Shown here in pieces: positions 13,201 through 28,200 of a DNA stretch of 64,000 nucleotides. This DNA comes from Torpedo marmorata (Eukaryota): NCBI GenBank assembly GCA_977017645.1, contig OZ360223.1, forward strand, positions 29,760,001 through 29,824,000, read 5' to 3'. A model generated the notes under the pieces. The model was given only the letters and a program-made list of their open reading frames with translations, searched no databases and was not told where the DNA came from. Each line of letters begins with the position of its first letter. The stretch's first letter is position 1. A program made the translations under genes and the position numbers.

Positions 13201-16200
13201 TTTTAAACTCACTGAAAGTGGTAGTACAGATTGGTATGGCCATAATGCAAAGTAATGAAGCTTAGTTACCAAAGCAGAAGTACAGGGAATTTTATTTTAT
13301 GATACCTTATTTAGATTGGAAACTGAAGTTTGATCTACATACATCACAAGTATTAACTAATGAAAATGCAAGCATGAATCAAAGTTCAGGTTAAACTTTC
13401 ATTTGCTCAAAGAACAGGGTCTCATTAAGATTAATATAATGTAGCCTGATCATTTAAATGTTGAGAAAATACATTAATGTGGAAAAGTCATTGTTGCAAC
13501 ATGACCACCAATGGGGAAGATTTAAAACAACAAAAAATGTAAAATTTACTGTCAGCTTGAGTAGTCAAAAAAGTTAACCCTGTATGAAGGGGAGGCTCTC
13601 TGCATACTTGAGAATGAAGGGAAGTATTTATATCCAGGAAGGACAGACTCTGTAAAAGATTGGAGCCATTGAACTCGGAATCTAGGCGCCAGAGAACAAT
13701 TAACTCAATAACCTTGGTCGGTCCTGTGGATCTGATATAATTGTATGAAATTCCAATGGAGACCCCAAAAAGCAAACTCTACATTTTAATAAAAACACAG
13801 GATGAAGTAACCTTGAAAATTCTACCCAAGTTATGCCATTTACAAGTTACTTTTGAAATTACAGGGATAACGCAAAACAAAACTAAGGCGAGGTGGATAA
13901 GCGCATGGTGAAGTACTGAGACAAAAAATACAAGCACACTTTGCATCCTTTCCAGAATAACTCAAGTACCTGTACTGGTGAAGTGTAGAAAACATGGCTA
14001 GTTCTCAAGAAGCAAATTCCCACGTAGCAATCTGATAAACATCAGCTATTTCATTTGAGATACAACTACTGGCCTAGACAGGGTAACTCCTCTACTGGTC
14101 TTTGCAATTGCAGTGCATGCATGTCCACTTGGGAGAGCAGACAGACATCTTAAAGCAATCATAGCTCTATCATCCTTTAAGTAGATACCAAAACTAAAGG
14201 TGACAATTCTATTGAAACTCAGAGCAAATATATCAATTTGAAAGACTAATGAACTTGTCTAGCAATAGTGACATTTTGAATTAGAAACCACAAATCAGGT
14301 GATTGATAGAATTTTAACTTGCCCAAAACTACCAGAAAACACCATGCTGAAAGAGGACATTATTTTGAAGGACAAACGTGCAATTTAAAACTTAGCCATA
14401 ATCAATGGGGCTCTGGCTGGACAAAGAACTGCTCCTGTAAAGATCTGAAAATGTGGATACGCAGCACCAAGAATAGCAACTGCCAACATCGCAGGTATAT
14501 TTCTTCTCTAAGAAGCATAACTAAGCAACCCATATATGGTTCTTTCCCAGAGTCAAGAAGCTTTCCTGTTTGGGAGACTGAAGCTAGTTATGTGAAATCA
14601 AGGCATGAATAGAGAATAAGTGGCAATAGTGAGAGGTGACTGGCAGGGAGGCAAGGATAATCAAAGCTCACATTGCAAAAGAAAATCTTGGATCAGCATC
14701 CTGCCATTTCCCCAATGAGTCAGTCTTATTTCTTCGAGGGAAGAATACTGATACTGTTGGTACTTAATTTATGGGGAACTAGGAGGCAGCAGGTCTCCCT
14801 CCAGGTATAAATACAGTTTGGGTTAAAAGGAAGAAAGGGCTTCTTTTAAAAAGAGGAAAAAAAAAGCTTAGAATAACATGGTTCAACACAGAACAAGCTT
14901 GCAGTTTCTGAAGCTGCATGGATGTTGCTGTCAGAAGTAAAAAGATGGAATTCAGTGGAAAATCAACTTGATATTTGCTTAGTGGATTATTCTAATAAAT
15001 TACTGTATGAAGCACGGGAACAATGCTCCAAGCATTCAATTGAGTTATATCTTACATAAAAATATAATTTGATCACATCCTGATCACTGGTCTCAAGTTC
15101 AGCAAAAATTGATAGCGGAAAATTTATTAATATGAAAGCTTCATCACACAGGGAATACTGGAGTTTCAGTTGCAAACTTCCCCAAACCAATTTATTAAAA
15201 TACATTTTTAAAGCACCATTCTATTACAACATTTTGAAAATTGGTTATGTCGGAAGTGTGACAAGTGACAAGCAAGAATGCTCATGGACATTGCAATCTG
15301 CCAGAAAGGTTTGGTCAAGGAATAGGTATCCCAATGCAGTGAAGCATATCAGCTCCTGTCTGAGTGGTGACATGGATCCGTTCCAGTTCGCCTATCGCGG
15401 CAACAGGTCTACGGCAGATGCCATCTCACTGGCTCTACACAAAGCCCTGGAACACTTGGACAGCAAAGATGCATACATCAGGATGCTCTTTATCGACTAC
15501 AGTTCGGCATTTAACACCATCATCCCCTCAAAACTGATCAGCAAACTCCAAGACCTGGGAGTTAACACCCACAGTGTAATTAGATCATGGATTTCCTCAC
15601 CTCCAGACCACAATCAGTGAAGATTGGTAAGAACTTCTCCTCCACAATCTCCATCAGCACTGGAGCACCACAGGGCTGGGTTCTTAGCCCCCTGCTCTAC
15701 TCACTTTACACCTACGACTGTGTAGCTCGGTATGACAATAACACCATCTACAAATTTGCCGACAATACCACGGTAGTAGGTTGTATAAAGGAAGGGGATG
15801 AGTCAGCATACAGGATGGAGATTGAAAACTTGGCTGAATGGTGTACCAACAACAACCTTGCACTCAATGTCACCAAAACTAAGGAGCTGATTGTTGACTT
15901 CAGGAAAGGAAAACCAGAGGTATACAATCCAGTGATCATTGGGGGATCAGAGGTGGAGAGGGTGAGCAAATTTAGGTTCTTGGGAGTCACTATCTCGGAG
16001 GATCTTTCCTGGACCTAACACACCAATGGCATTGTGAAGAAAGCACGTCAGCGCCTCTACTTCCTCAGGAGTTTGCGGAGGTTTGGTATGACATCAGAAA
16101 CCCTGGCAAATTTCTACAGATGTGTGGTGGAAAGTGTGCTGACCGGCTGCATCATGGTCTGGTATACGAACACCAATACCCCTGAGCGTAAAGCCCTCCA

Positions 16201-19200
16201 AAAGGTAGTGGACACAGCCCAGGACATTACTGGCAAAACCCTCCCCACTATTGAGTTCAACTACAGGGAACGATGCCGTCGGAGGGCAGCAGCAATCATC
16301 AAAGACCCACACCACCCAGCACACGCTCTGTTCTCGCTGCTGCCATCAGGGAAGAGGTATAGGTGCCACAAGACTCGCACCACCAGGTTTAGGAACAGTT
16401 GCTACCCCTCTACCATCAGAATCCTCAACGACAAAGTCAAATCAGAGACTCATTTAAGGACTCTTACACTTTATTGATTTTTCTTTGCTCTCTCTGTTTT
16501 GCAGTTTCATTCCTTACCTGTTTGCAGTTCTTTTGATTGTTTACATGTTTACGCTGTGTACAGTTTACTTTTTTCACTACCAATTAGTTGTAATTCTGCC
16601 GCGCCCGCAGGAAAAAGAATCTCAGGTTTGCATGTGACGTCATATATGTACTCTTGACAATAAATCTGAAATCTGCTCTCAAAGACAGAGCCATGTGATC
16701 CTTTCAGCCTGAGGAGGCATATGGAGCTGGAGTTTCACATGGCAGTGAAGCATCCTGTTCAATTAGCCCTAAGACACTGGATTGAAAGTTAAACCCTCCA
16801 CTTTACTTGTTGGAAGCATTTCTAGAGTAAAAGTCTAGACAGATGCACCCAACAATAGATTACATGGCTGATTGCACATGCTCATTCAAGTACTTTCCTC
16901 TATTGGACCCCATCTAATTGTTATGCAACAGGCACCCATGTCCAGTTTTGTTAGAAGTATCCTCCATTGAGATGCACAAATGCTCCTGTTGATCAGCAGT
17001 AGTTTAGTCAGGATTTTGTAAAAATGGCCCCAAAATTCCCATAGATGCACCCCGATATTGTGCTGCCATTAGATTCATCCACTCTTATCCAACTACAAAG
17101 AAAAACACAATTTTATAGCTGGAACACTGGCATTTCAAAATAGCAAGGATACAATAAATCAAAAGCTATTGAGACATTTCACCACATGTACCAGTTTCTT
17201 ACCAGTGGTTCCTTTTTCAAGACCTGATCCATAAGCTGAAACCAGACCTGGGTCTCCTGTCTGCCCAGGTTCACCAACTCGAACCTTGAATGGACTGCCC
17301 GTGATGTGTTTGCCATTGAATTTGACATCAATAGAATGAACACCATTCTCATGAGGGAGAAATCGAATAGCATACTTGTCTGTAACAAACACCATTAAGA
17401 ACTGAACTTTTAAACCATGAATTTAGCAACGTGACCAGCATTTATACTCTAGTGGCCAACACTATACGAGATCTCTTCACTTGCACCATAAAATCTATAT
17501 TTCATGAAACCGCATGCAACAAGTACAGGGCTCTACCATTCTAGACTTACAACTAAAACAAAGTCAGAAAATCAGGCTAAACTATTCAATACTGTAGCTA
17601 AAACATACCTCCAGTACACGAGAGAGCTGTCTTAGCCTGAACAGTAATTGAGAACCACAAGTTTTATGCATGCACGCCTTATTCAGCCTCTTTCTCCCCC
17701 ACCCCCCACCAGCCCAACTAGATTTACCACATGGGGTGGGTGCAGTACAAGAGGAACAAAAGTACAACTGAAGCAATAATGGAGAGCCATTCACAAATGC
17801 TTACCTGGCTCTATCTGTGATACATGGGTATCTTCCACTGCCCCAGAAGGACTATGAACTTTGGCATCAATCAAACCCTTGGCACCATTCAGTCGCACAG
17901 CAAAAGACACAGGCTGATTAACTTTTAAACCTGACTCCTGGAGATTGAATAGCAAACACTTCATTGCATTTTGAACACTAAAGCACTCATGTAGAACAAC
18001 ACAGTGTTGTCTAATTGGACTACCTACTTCACTTCTTACCCACTTGGCTGTTTGCCAGGTACTTCATAGCAATGGATGACAGAACCAATTTAACCCCACA
18101 GGTTTGAGTACACCTAGTGCAACCAAACTGCCCACAGTGAAATGGGGCTTCTTAAAATCTTGTTTTAGTTTCCTTCCAGAAATAAATTCCTTGATACAAC
18201 AAAGAAAATCATTGTTGACAGCTTTTGAACAGATGAACGTCCTAGAGATAATCAAGAAGGAGTTTAAAGTTATAAACTAGATGACAAAAATGTTACAGGG
18301 AGCCATGCAATGGTGAATTAACGAGCAGTGCTGTTTGCAATTTGTGCAGAGTGTAGATATTATGGTAATAGAATTGGTGGTGAAACATCTCAACTTAATT
18401 ATGAGAATCAATGCCACTAATCCAACTGTTTTAGATTTTAACCCACTTCAAAATTTGAAGACAAAACAACCAGACTGCAAAGGAAGTTCCATGATCAAAA
18501 GCAGGTGGCAATTCCACTTAAAACAATTTCACCAAGACCAACATAAAATTTAAATGTTTTGATTTTAAAAATATCTTGCACAATTAAGAAACAAATTTGC
18601 TGTCTAGCCGAATAAAGGATCATTTTCTTAAAGTTTAACTTGGGCTATGTGAATGAAGCTCACAATTAAACAAATCAAGATTTGACTTCCATTTCAGCAG
18701 GTAGCCCTCTGTGGTGACAAAGAGAACTTGCTGTAAAGAAGAGGTTTTTTTTGGACAGAACTTGGCACCTCGAGTTCCTAACTCTGAATAGCTGATACTG
18801 TCTGCAGCCAAAAATCTATCGTGATCAATTAGCTTAGGTTGTGGAATTAATTTTAATGGAGCAAAAATAGGAAGTAGTTTGCAAATTTCAGTCCCATGTT
18901 GACTTTAGAAAGTACTGTGGCACAAAAGCTTATGGCTCACAAAGCACTGATGAGTTTAGACTTGAGAAAGCAATTTCACTGATCCATGCCAAATGGACCC
19001 AGCAGTGAGCAAAGCTGCACAAGTTCTCATTCACAATGAAACACTGCATGCAAAGAGAATTTTGATTGTATTTCAGTTCAAGACTATGCGATTTCCTAAA
19101 GTTTGCAAATTGGTTTGAAGAAAATGGCTCAGATTTTGCAGAATGAACCACAGAGACAGTCTGCGCCAAGTACATCCAACATAACTGTCAGCGTTCCCAA

Positions 19201-22200
19201 TCGTCAGGCAGGGAAATACGTCACAAACTTCTCTTCACTGGAACTTCATTAAAATATTTCTTTTTTTTTTGTTTAAAAAGAGAAAAAAGTTGGGGTACCT
19301 GCCTAAATGCTGGGCTTTCCCTTTCAAGTGCATTACACAAACTCAGCAGGGCACGCAGCATCTGCAGGAAGTAAATGTTAACCAACATTTGGGCCTGGGC
19401 CCCTGCCCTTTCAAGCGAGTGATTAGGACCTGTGCTTCTATTTTAACGATTACTGCCAACCATTTTGAAAACTCAAGTGTGAAGTTTTGTTTACCCCAAA
19501 TTATAAATTTAAAATGGAGATTCTTCAATTTGACTGGCAGAAGATGCAAAGTTGATTCCCCTCCTCACAGCTTCCCTACTGGAAACAAAGCACTAAAAGG
19601 TGGCTCTAATAACTTCCATTCATGACATAAAAGCCCAGTCTCTGGGCTTTGATTCATTGTGGATGCTGTCCTTTCAATTACTGGCTACAAAACCTAAGCA
19701 TTTCCATATTTCAATAGAGTAAAATTGATCTTGTAACCAACATTAAATGCCGGGTTTGAGATCAAATCGTAATAAATGATTTCACATTACCTGTTAACAT
19801 TTGTTGCTGCTAAACGGTTGAAGAGAATTCCCTAGTTTGGCACTCAATTTGGAATACCTATCTTTAATTTTATTTTGTTTGAAGTGGTGCATCTAAAACC
19901 CAGAAGCAGAATAGCAAATTCAATCTTAGCACCCAGTATCAACTACAGAACAATCAACTTTGGTAAACTCTCCATTCTCTTCAACCTTTAGCTTTTTATT
20001 GACATGCATTTTGCAGATATGCTGTTAAAAACCTTTAAATGAGACACAAGAAAAACATCCTAAAATGTTAAGTGGCAGACAGTGAACCCCTTCTTACACA
20101 TGCATCAAAAAGGTCACATCAACACAAAGTCTTCCTTTCATTTCAGCCAGAATTCTAAAGGTCAGATCAAATTCAAAGCTGGAATGTGGTGTAACATCAA
20201 GAAGAAAAATCTCCCATGAAGCAAGGATCAAAGTAATCTGCTGTCCAGGTTTGAGAACTTATTGCCAAGAGCAAAACCATCATGTAGATGATCACATATT
20301 AATGATCTCAGAAGCGAATGTAATTATGCAATTTCATATTTAAAAGTAGAAATTTGTAGTTTTATTCCCCAATGCAGCTTCCAAAATGACTTGGTTACAT
20401 TTTAACTCAAATCATTACTTCCTTTAAATCTTTCCTATGGAACAAATTTAATTTCGGCATCTTGCATGGATGGAATCTTCAAAAAAATGCCAAGATCAAA
20501 TTAGATTACCCAGCCACAAAACAGGAGTGTGTATAATCTTTTTTTTTTTTTTTTTTTTAAACCCTGTCCCAGCATCCCTACAATGAGACCCTCTCTCCTC
20601 ACACTGTTCTTTCACTGCCCAGGAACTTCTGGAGAAAACCTACAATTACCATTACCACTCTAAAAGCACAACTTTTGGAAGGGATACAATAGAATTATTG
20701 AAATTTGCACTGCAAAACAAGCGTTAACTTACGTTGAAACCTCAAAGGGCATCTCTCAATAATATCCTGGTTGGAGTTTTGTTCTGTATTCAAACAAGTT
20801 ATTCAAGCAATTCCTTGCATTCATATGCCTCCATATTCTCCATTCCATTTCACATTTAAAGCATCTCAAACCCAACATCTAATTATACCAATCCTATGTG
20901 ACCTCTGCATGTGCAGCAGGGGGCCCACAGCCAGGAAGCAGATATTTTCTTATGTCTCACCTGAAGACTAGTAACAGTAAGTCTGCTTGCATCTTCTGAA
21001 GAAGCAGCGATGGGGACAATAAAAGGGCTGTCAGGGATGTACTCATCGTTGAACTTTATGGACACTTCATAATCACCTGTAACAAAAACAGACACTGATC
21101 AACTTCCATAAAATATAGAAATTATGCTGTATTAAAATCTGAGATGTACATCAAATCTTAATGGCATTAACCGAATATCAACACATTCACTTTGGAATTG
21201 TACCTCAATAACGAGAAACAAGCTCTTCATATACATGTATTTATAAATATCCAGTTTAAGATTTTATTGGACAATTTAACTGCATTAGTCATTTGTTTCA
21301 CTTGTTAAAAAAATTGCAAATTGTGATCCTCCTTGAAGCATAGAAAACAGAATTTTAAAATGCAGGTCTCATCACAAGTACTTATATACCATTTGTAACA
21401 ATACACATCTTCATCATAGTATCAATCCAAATTCAACAGCCAAACAGAGATTAGAAACTAAGACAAGTCTGATTCAATGAAGGTTATTTCTTTGTGGATG
21501 GGGAAGATTGTTATGAAAGTGGAGAGTTTGGTGAATTACAGTGTTTAATCCTTTAGCAACAAACAGATAGCTAATGAGGTGATCTAGGATGACCAGCACA
21601 GAGAAGTGTATTGGGAGAATACAGACATTGAGAATTGTAAAGTTCAATAGATAAGGAAAGAAGGCCATGGAGGGATTTAGAAACGGCAATATTGATGAAT
21701 AAACAGTAACTGGTCCAAATTAAAACAACTTTACTGCAGAACAGGAGACAAAAGACAACCACATTCCAAAACATGAAGGATGGTTTCCATAAGTGAGCAG
21801 ATACATGAACCAAACAGAAAACACTGGTAAAACTCAGGTCAGACATAGTGGAAAGAGTAAAGCAATGATTCAGGTTCAGTACACTATCAGAACTACTAGC
21901 CTTGTTCTACCAGATACCTTCTGCCCCTCGTAGAGGAGGAAAAGAGTCTGCTGCTCCCACATTGGCCTCAGAACATGGTCAGAAGTCATCCTCAATTAAG
22001 GGGTTGTCCAAGGGTGGTACAGTTAGCACAACCCTGTTACAGCACCAGCGAGCCAGGATCGTATCTGGAGTTTGTATGTTCTCCCCATGACCTGTGCAAG
22101 TTTGCTCCAGGTGCTCCAGTTCCCTCCCACCTCTTTTTATTACGGTGTACATCAGCTGACAGACTTTATTTACCAATAAACATTCAAGATAGACTGCCCA

Positions 22201-25200
22201 GTTGGTTTTTTTTTTGTTCTGTTTTATTTATATTAGGTGGGGTTTTGTAGGAAAAAAAAATTTTCTTCTCTTTTTGCTTTTTGTTTTTTTCTTTTTTCTT
22301 CATCTCTGAAAAATTCGGTTTGAGGAGATGAGAAACTATTAGAATATATTGGTTAATTATGATATAAGGCAGATTATTATTGTACAGATTTTTTTAATGT
22401 ATATGTATTCTTATTGTCCTCATATTTTGATCACTTATTAAAATATGTTAGTGAGAAAGGGAGAAGAGGAGATTGGAGAAAATTATATATAAATGATCTA
22501 TATTTGTTGTACCGAAGATATATCTCTATTGTTACTCACTGTTAAATTGTACTCATTCTGTGCAACATTGCCTTTTTAATTTCTGTATTGTAATTTTTAC
22601 AAAATCAATAAAAAGATTGAAAAAGAAAGAGAAACAAACTGGTCAGGTAGAGGAAGATGAGATGCAAGGTGGAGTGGGTGATTCGAAGACAAAGGCTCCA
22701 GTGCTGGAATCTCACAGGTAGAAATAGAGAGAATGGTAGTGCAAAGAGATGGAACCAGAGGAAACAAATCTGGATTACAAGTAAACGTCCACAGATTTAC
22801 ACAGCACTCACCGGGCTCCTGTGCAACGTACGACACACCGCAGGATCCATCTTTCCGGTCTTCAAACGAAATCTCCGCCCTGCTGGGTCCTTCCACAGCT
22901 ATGGAAAGGCCACCTGCACCAGCTTCACGCGTCCAAATACTGAATTCAGCTACAGGCAAGTATAACAATACTCAAAACCTTTTAGCATTTCTTGCATACT
23001 GTCCAAGCTATTTTTTTTTAAAAATTCATCCCAGTTCTTGGTTAAAAGTAGTGAAATCATTTGGCCCAACCCAAACAACAGTGTACAGTAAAACTCCAGG
23101 TATCCGACACCTATGGGGATTGTAGATGCCGGATAAGTGGTTTCCGGTTGCTTGAGACTGTATGTTGCGTGGATTGACGAATTGGCCGCTGGGGGGGGGG
23201 GCGCCAATTTTAAAGTTTCATATTTATTGCCGCGATTTTTTTTGCCGGTGCTCGAATTCCGGATAATGGGGATTTTACTGTATCTTGGTGTTCTCCTGGA
23301 AAAAGTAGAAATTCAGGTCTACAGAGGTCTTACAAACCTCCTGACTGACCAAGCAACATCAAATTCTATTATTTCAGTAAATGGGCCAAGCCCATTTCAA
23401 ATTCCAGACATCTGAAATCCTGCCGCCTGTGTCAGAAGGCTATAGAATTCTGCGTGGAAGAGATCCTAAGCCTTGAGACACAAATCCCAGAATACCATGA
23501 CAGTCTAAGCAAACATCTTGCTGCATGGCGAGCAAGTATTCTAAATCAAATGGGCTCAATGGGTTCCAGTTGACGAACATTGCATTAATCCGAGTCCTGG
23601 CCAAGGTTGAGCAATCCCAGACCCTCTTGGCACTTTGCCACTATCTGACAGGATAGGGGAACCATTTGACTTTCCTTTCAATGTCCTCTGTTAGAATTGC
23701 AGTCAGTTACCAACAATAGCATAAGTGAACGTCCCCAGGTTTTTGGACAGGCACCGACTGCCAGAATTAACACGTACCTAAACAAAGATCTGGACCCACT
23801 GCAATTCACCTATCGTCACAATCGCTCCACAGCAGATGCAATATCGCTGGCTCTCCACTCAGCTCTGGATCACCTCGAAAACAGCAATTCATACATACAG
23901 CTGCTCTTCATTAACTGCAGCTCGGCCTTCAATACCATTATTCCGTCAGTGCTGGTCAAGAAGCTACAAACTCTAGGCCTCTGTACCCCACTCTGCAACT
24001 GGATCCTTGACTTTCTCATCGGAAGACCACAGTCAGTATGAATTGGAAACAACGTCTCCTCCTCACTGATTATCAACACAGGCGCACCCCAAGGATGCGT
24101 GCTTAGCCCACTGCTCCACTCGTTATACACCCATGACTGTGTGGCCAGGCACAATTCCACTGCCATCTACAAGTTTGCCAATGACACCACAGTTGTCGGC
24201 AGAATCACAAACGGCAATGAGGAAGCGTACAGAAGGGAGATAGATCAGCTCGTTGAATGGTGTAATGACAAAAACCTTGCGCTCAACGTCAGCAAAACCA
24301 AGGAGATTATTGTGGACTTCAGGAGGAAGTCAGGGGAACACGACCCAGTCCTCATCGAGGGCTCAGTAGTGGAGAGGGTCAAGAACTTCAAATTCCTTGG
24401 TGTCAACATCTCCGAGGTTCTGTCCTGGAGCCTCCACGTTGATGTAATCACAAAGAAGGCTCGCCAGCGGCTATACTTTGTGAGGTGTCTGAGGAGATTC
24501 GGTATGTCATCGAAGACTCTCGAAAACTTCTACAGGTGTACCGTGGAGAGCATTCTGGCTGGTTGCATCACTGCCTGGTGTATTGTCTCAGGACAAGAAT
24601 AAACTCCAGAGGGTTGTTAACTCGGCCTGTGACATCAGAGGCACCAGACTTCACTCCATCGAAGACATCTACACAAGATGGTGTCTTAAAAAAGCAGCCT
24701 CTGTCCTCAAAGACCCCCAACCACCCAGGCCATGCCCTCTTCACTCTGCTACCATCGTAAAAAAAGATACAGGAGCCTAAAGTCGAGCACTCAACGGCAC
24801 AAGGACAGCTTCTTCCCCGCTGCCATTAGATTCCTGAATAATCAATGAACCAAAGACACTGCCTTACTTTTCGTGCACTATTATTTATATATTTTTTTTA
24901 AAAATAGTAATGTTGTAAGATGGTAATAATATGAATGTTTGCACTATGATGCTGCCGCAAAACACCGAATTTCATGACTTGTTCATGACAATAAATTCTG
25001 ATTCTGTATACAAAGCACAGGTGTTTGTACCTGGGTGCTTTGGTAAGTAACTGAACAGGTTTACCTTCCTATAAATTCAAGATTATGTATGCACAAGACT
25101 ATAGCTCCTGAACTGTTGACATTGTGCTGGATAACACAGCAAATGAACCCAAAATGGGCAAAGGAAAAATCAATTTGGAATCTCTCAGCTAAGCAGGCCA

Positions 25201-28200
25201 TTTGAAGAAAAAGCACAAGAAAGTCAAGCTAGTGCCACAAACAAAAGGAAAAACTTAGCAATGATCACCAACCAAATTTTGTGCACTGATTGTTAACGCA
25301 CCCTTTACATGTTCAAATGCTGTTCCACGTAGAAGCCACTTACCATGCCATTTGGATGCTCTTTGTAACAAGATTTAGACAACAGTCCGCAAGACAGGTA
25401 ACAGACTTGAATAACTAATGATCAAAGGTGACGTTAGCAACTTACCTGGGACTCCGACTACCCCTTGTTCAAGCCCTGGACCACCAGCTCGCACTTTTAG
25501 AGCTCCTCCTTCACCAAGTGGTCCCACTGTGAATTGGAAAGGACTGCCAGGGACATGTTGGTTTTGATACTTTACGGAGACTGTGTGCACACCCATCTCA
25601 TGGGGCACAAATCTGACACAGTAGGTGTGGTTGTCACTTTCAGTAATCTCTGCTTCGATAATCTTTCCAGAGGGACTCATCACTTGAGCAGACATGTCAT
25701 GGACATCAATTTCTATAGAGGAACAACATGCATTAAGTGGAACCAAAATATATCACATTTGTTGCCAAAATAAATGGAGCCTCATGAAGTGCTGTGAAGG
25801 AAGCATATTTGCCTTAAACCCATGCGGAATTTAGATTTCACAGTACATTAAACAGCTTGGGTGCCTCTGGCATCAGAATACCATGACCATGAGAGTCTGA
25901 GCCAACCTCTTGCTGCAGGGAGAGCAAGTGTTCCAAATCAAATGGGCTTATCCAGGGTTCCAGTTGACAAAATGACATTAATCTGAGTGCTTGCCAAGGT
26001 TGAGCAAACGTCAAGCTTTATTATTGCTAATACAAAACCACACGGTTCATGAAGAGATTCCAAAGGACAAATTAAATTAGTTATCTTCAAATTATTTCTT
26101 GTCATATACAGGAGATGGCAACATTAAATTTTAGACTAAAAGCAAACGTGCATTTATTTGGACTCTTGCCAAATTATGAGCACAAGACGAAAGCCCACAT
26201 CTGTGTCCATCAGAGATTACTCCCTGGGATATTTCTCCCACCCAAATTCTTGAACAGAGGCCAAGATGTGACCAGATTACCCATGACTAGAGGGATTTTC
26301 CAAGTCATGGAATGATCACATCCTCCCGGTGAAGATGCCAAATTTCTTTCATTCTTCTATGTGCTAAAACAAGGGGAAAAGAAAATGTCTGTGCACCATT
26401 GCAATCACATGCATGCATGACCACAATTGAGAAGTTATTACAATTACTCTAAGATTTCTACCATCCCAATCTTCACACTTCAATATGAAAAATGTCAGCA
26501 ATGTGCAGCAGGAAGCGTTCACCACTTCCACGATCACTTTCCTTCTTTTGACCACTGATCTCTGCATCTCAGGGCTACAACGATAACTGCCTGAAGAGTT
26601 GCCTTGGAATCAAGTAAGCATTAAGATTGCCATTCGCCCAATGGCAGCCCAGGTCAAAACACTCGTCAACGTTTGGGCAACGGCATGTTTGAAAAGTCTC
26701 TCAGAACCTTCTGCCACTATTGGTGCAGTGCCTTTGGGTTCCCTCCTTGGTTGTATCAAGCCCCTTTTTGAAGGCAGGAAGATAGGTTAGGGCTAAAATC
26801 AAGGCAGAAGTTAGGAGTCAAACTCCCATCTAACAAATTCTGTCATACCACAAAACAAAATCTCTGACTTGGGAAACCAAAGTTTTAAATTGAGATCCAA
26901 ACCTCAAATTCACAGTGTGACAAGATTCAAAAATCCTCAAAGATCAGGGGTGGTGATGTGGAGAGGATGTTGCCTCTTGTAGGAGAATCCAGAACTAGGA
27001 GTCACTTTTTTTTTAATAAAAAGGGTCACCCATTTAAGTTTGAGGTGAAATGTCTTCAGAGGGTCAGCTTTGAAACACCCAGAGAGGGGTAATGAAAGCA
27101 GAGACTGAATGCTCAGGCAGAGGTAGGTAGATTGTTGATGAGCAACAGGGATGGTGGTGAAAGTTGACTACAAGCATAGGAATGTGAAGGTAAAGGTTAC
27201 TCACACTCTTCCTATTTGACAGGAACACCTCAAGGGGCCAAGTGACTGATGATTCCTGCTAATTTATACTTGGTTCCTAATTCAGGTTGAGCAAACAAAG
27301 GGTGCTGTTTAAATCAGATAATGCCAAGGAGGAAATTACATCCATGGACAAAAAAGTTTTGTGCTCTAATCTATTGACACCCCTTTTCTAGTTTTAGAAA
27401 CTTTAGTCAATTATACTCTTTATTAATCATCACAACAAACTAAGGCTGGATTTAGTCAGGCAATCTGACTTGATCAAACCTTTAGTGATAACAAGCAGTT
27501 TTAATCACTGATAAAACCCTTAGAAATCAAGATGAAAACCATTACAGCAGATAGTTTATTTTGATGACCATCAATTCTACAGCATTTTGTATCATCGCAT
27601 CTTTATGAGAGATTGTCCAATTATTCCTCAGCCTCAAATAGAGTTCGTCACTTGATCAAAAGTTGTGGTAGGAGCCATGTTTACTACACACCCAAAACTA
27701 CTCCCAGAATTGATACTTGGGGCAAAACAGAGCAATGTTAGTAGAGGGCCAAAGTTAAGCACCATCTGCATTTGCAGTTCACCTACCACTTCTTTAAAGT
27801 GCTGAGCAGAAAAAAAGTGTAGCACAACACCATGACCTTGCATTTGGGAGACTAAACGTGCTTAGGAAACATGCAAGGAAAGGAAATTCTCACTCATGCA
27901 ACAACCAATGATAGGAGCATGCTAGGTGATTTAAAATGAGCACGTTTTGCCGACCTCAGAATCCATATGCCCAGTGCTGAAACGCACCCTCCGACCTCAG
28001 TGGCCTTGCACTGAATGGGTCATGTTCCTCCTGGCCAAAGCGGCCAGGCAGGGAGGAAAAAGGTAGACTTTGAACACTAGCTGGGTCCTTGGGTTTTTCG
28101 AACTGAATCTGGCGAAGGTCCATACTTTCAGCACACAAGAAAGTGCAAGTTGTCTGAAAATCAGAGTGCATGTGACAGAGGTGCTCCCGAGCCACCATTA

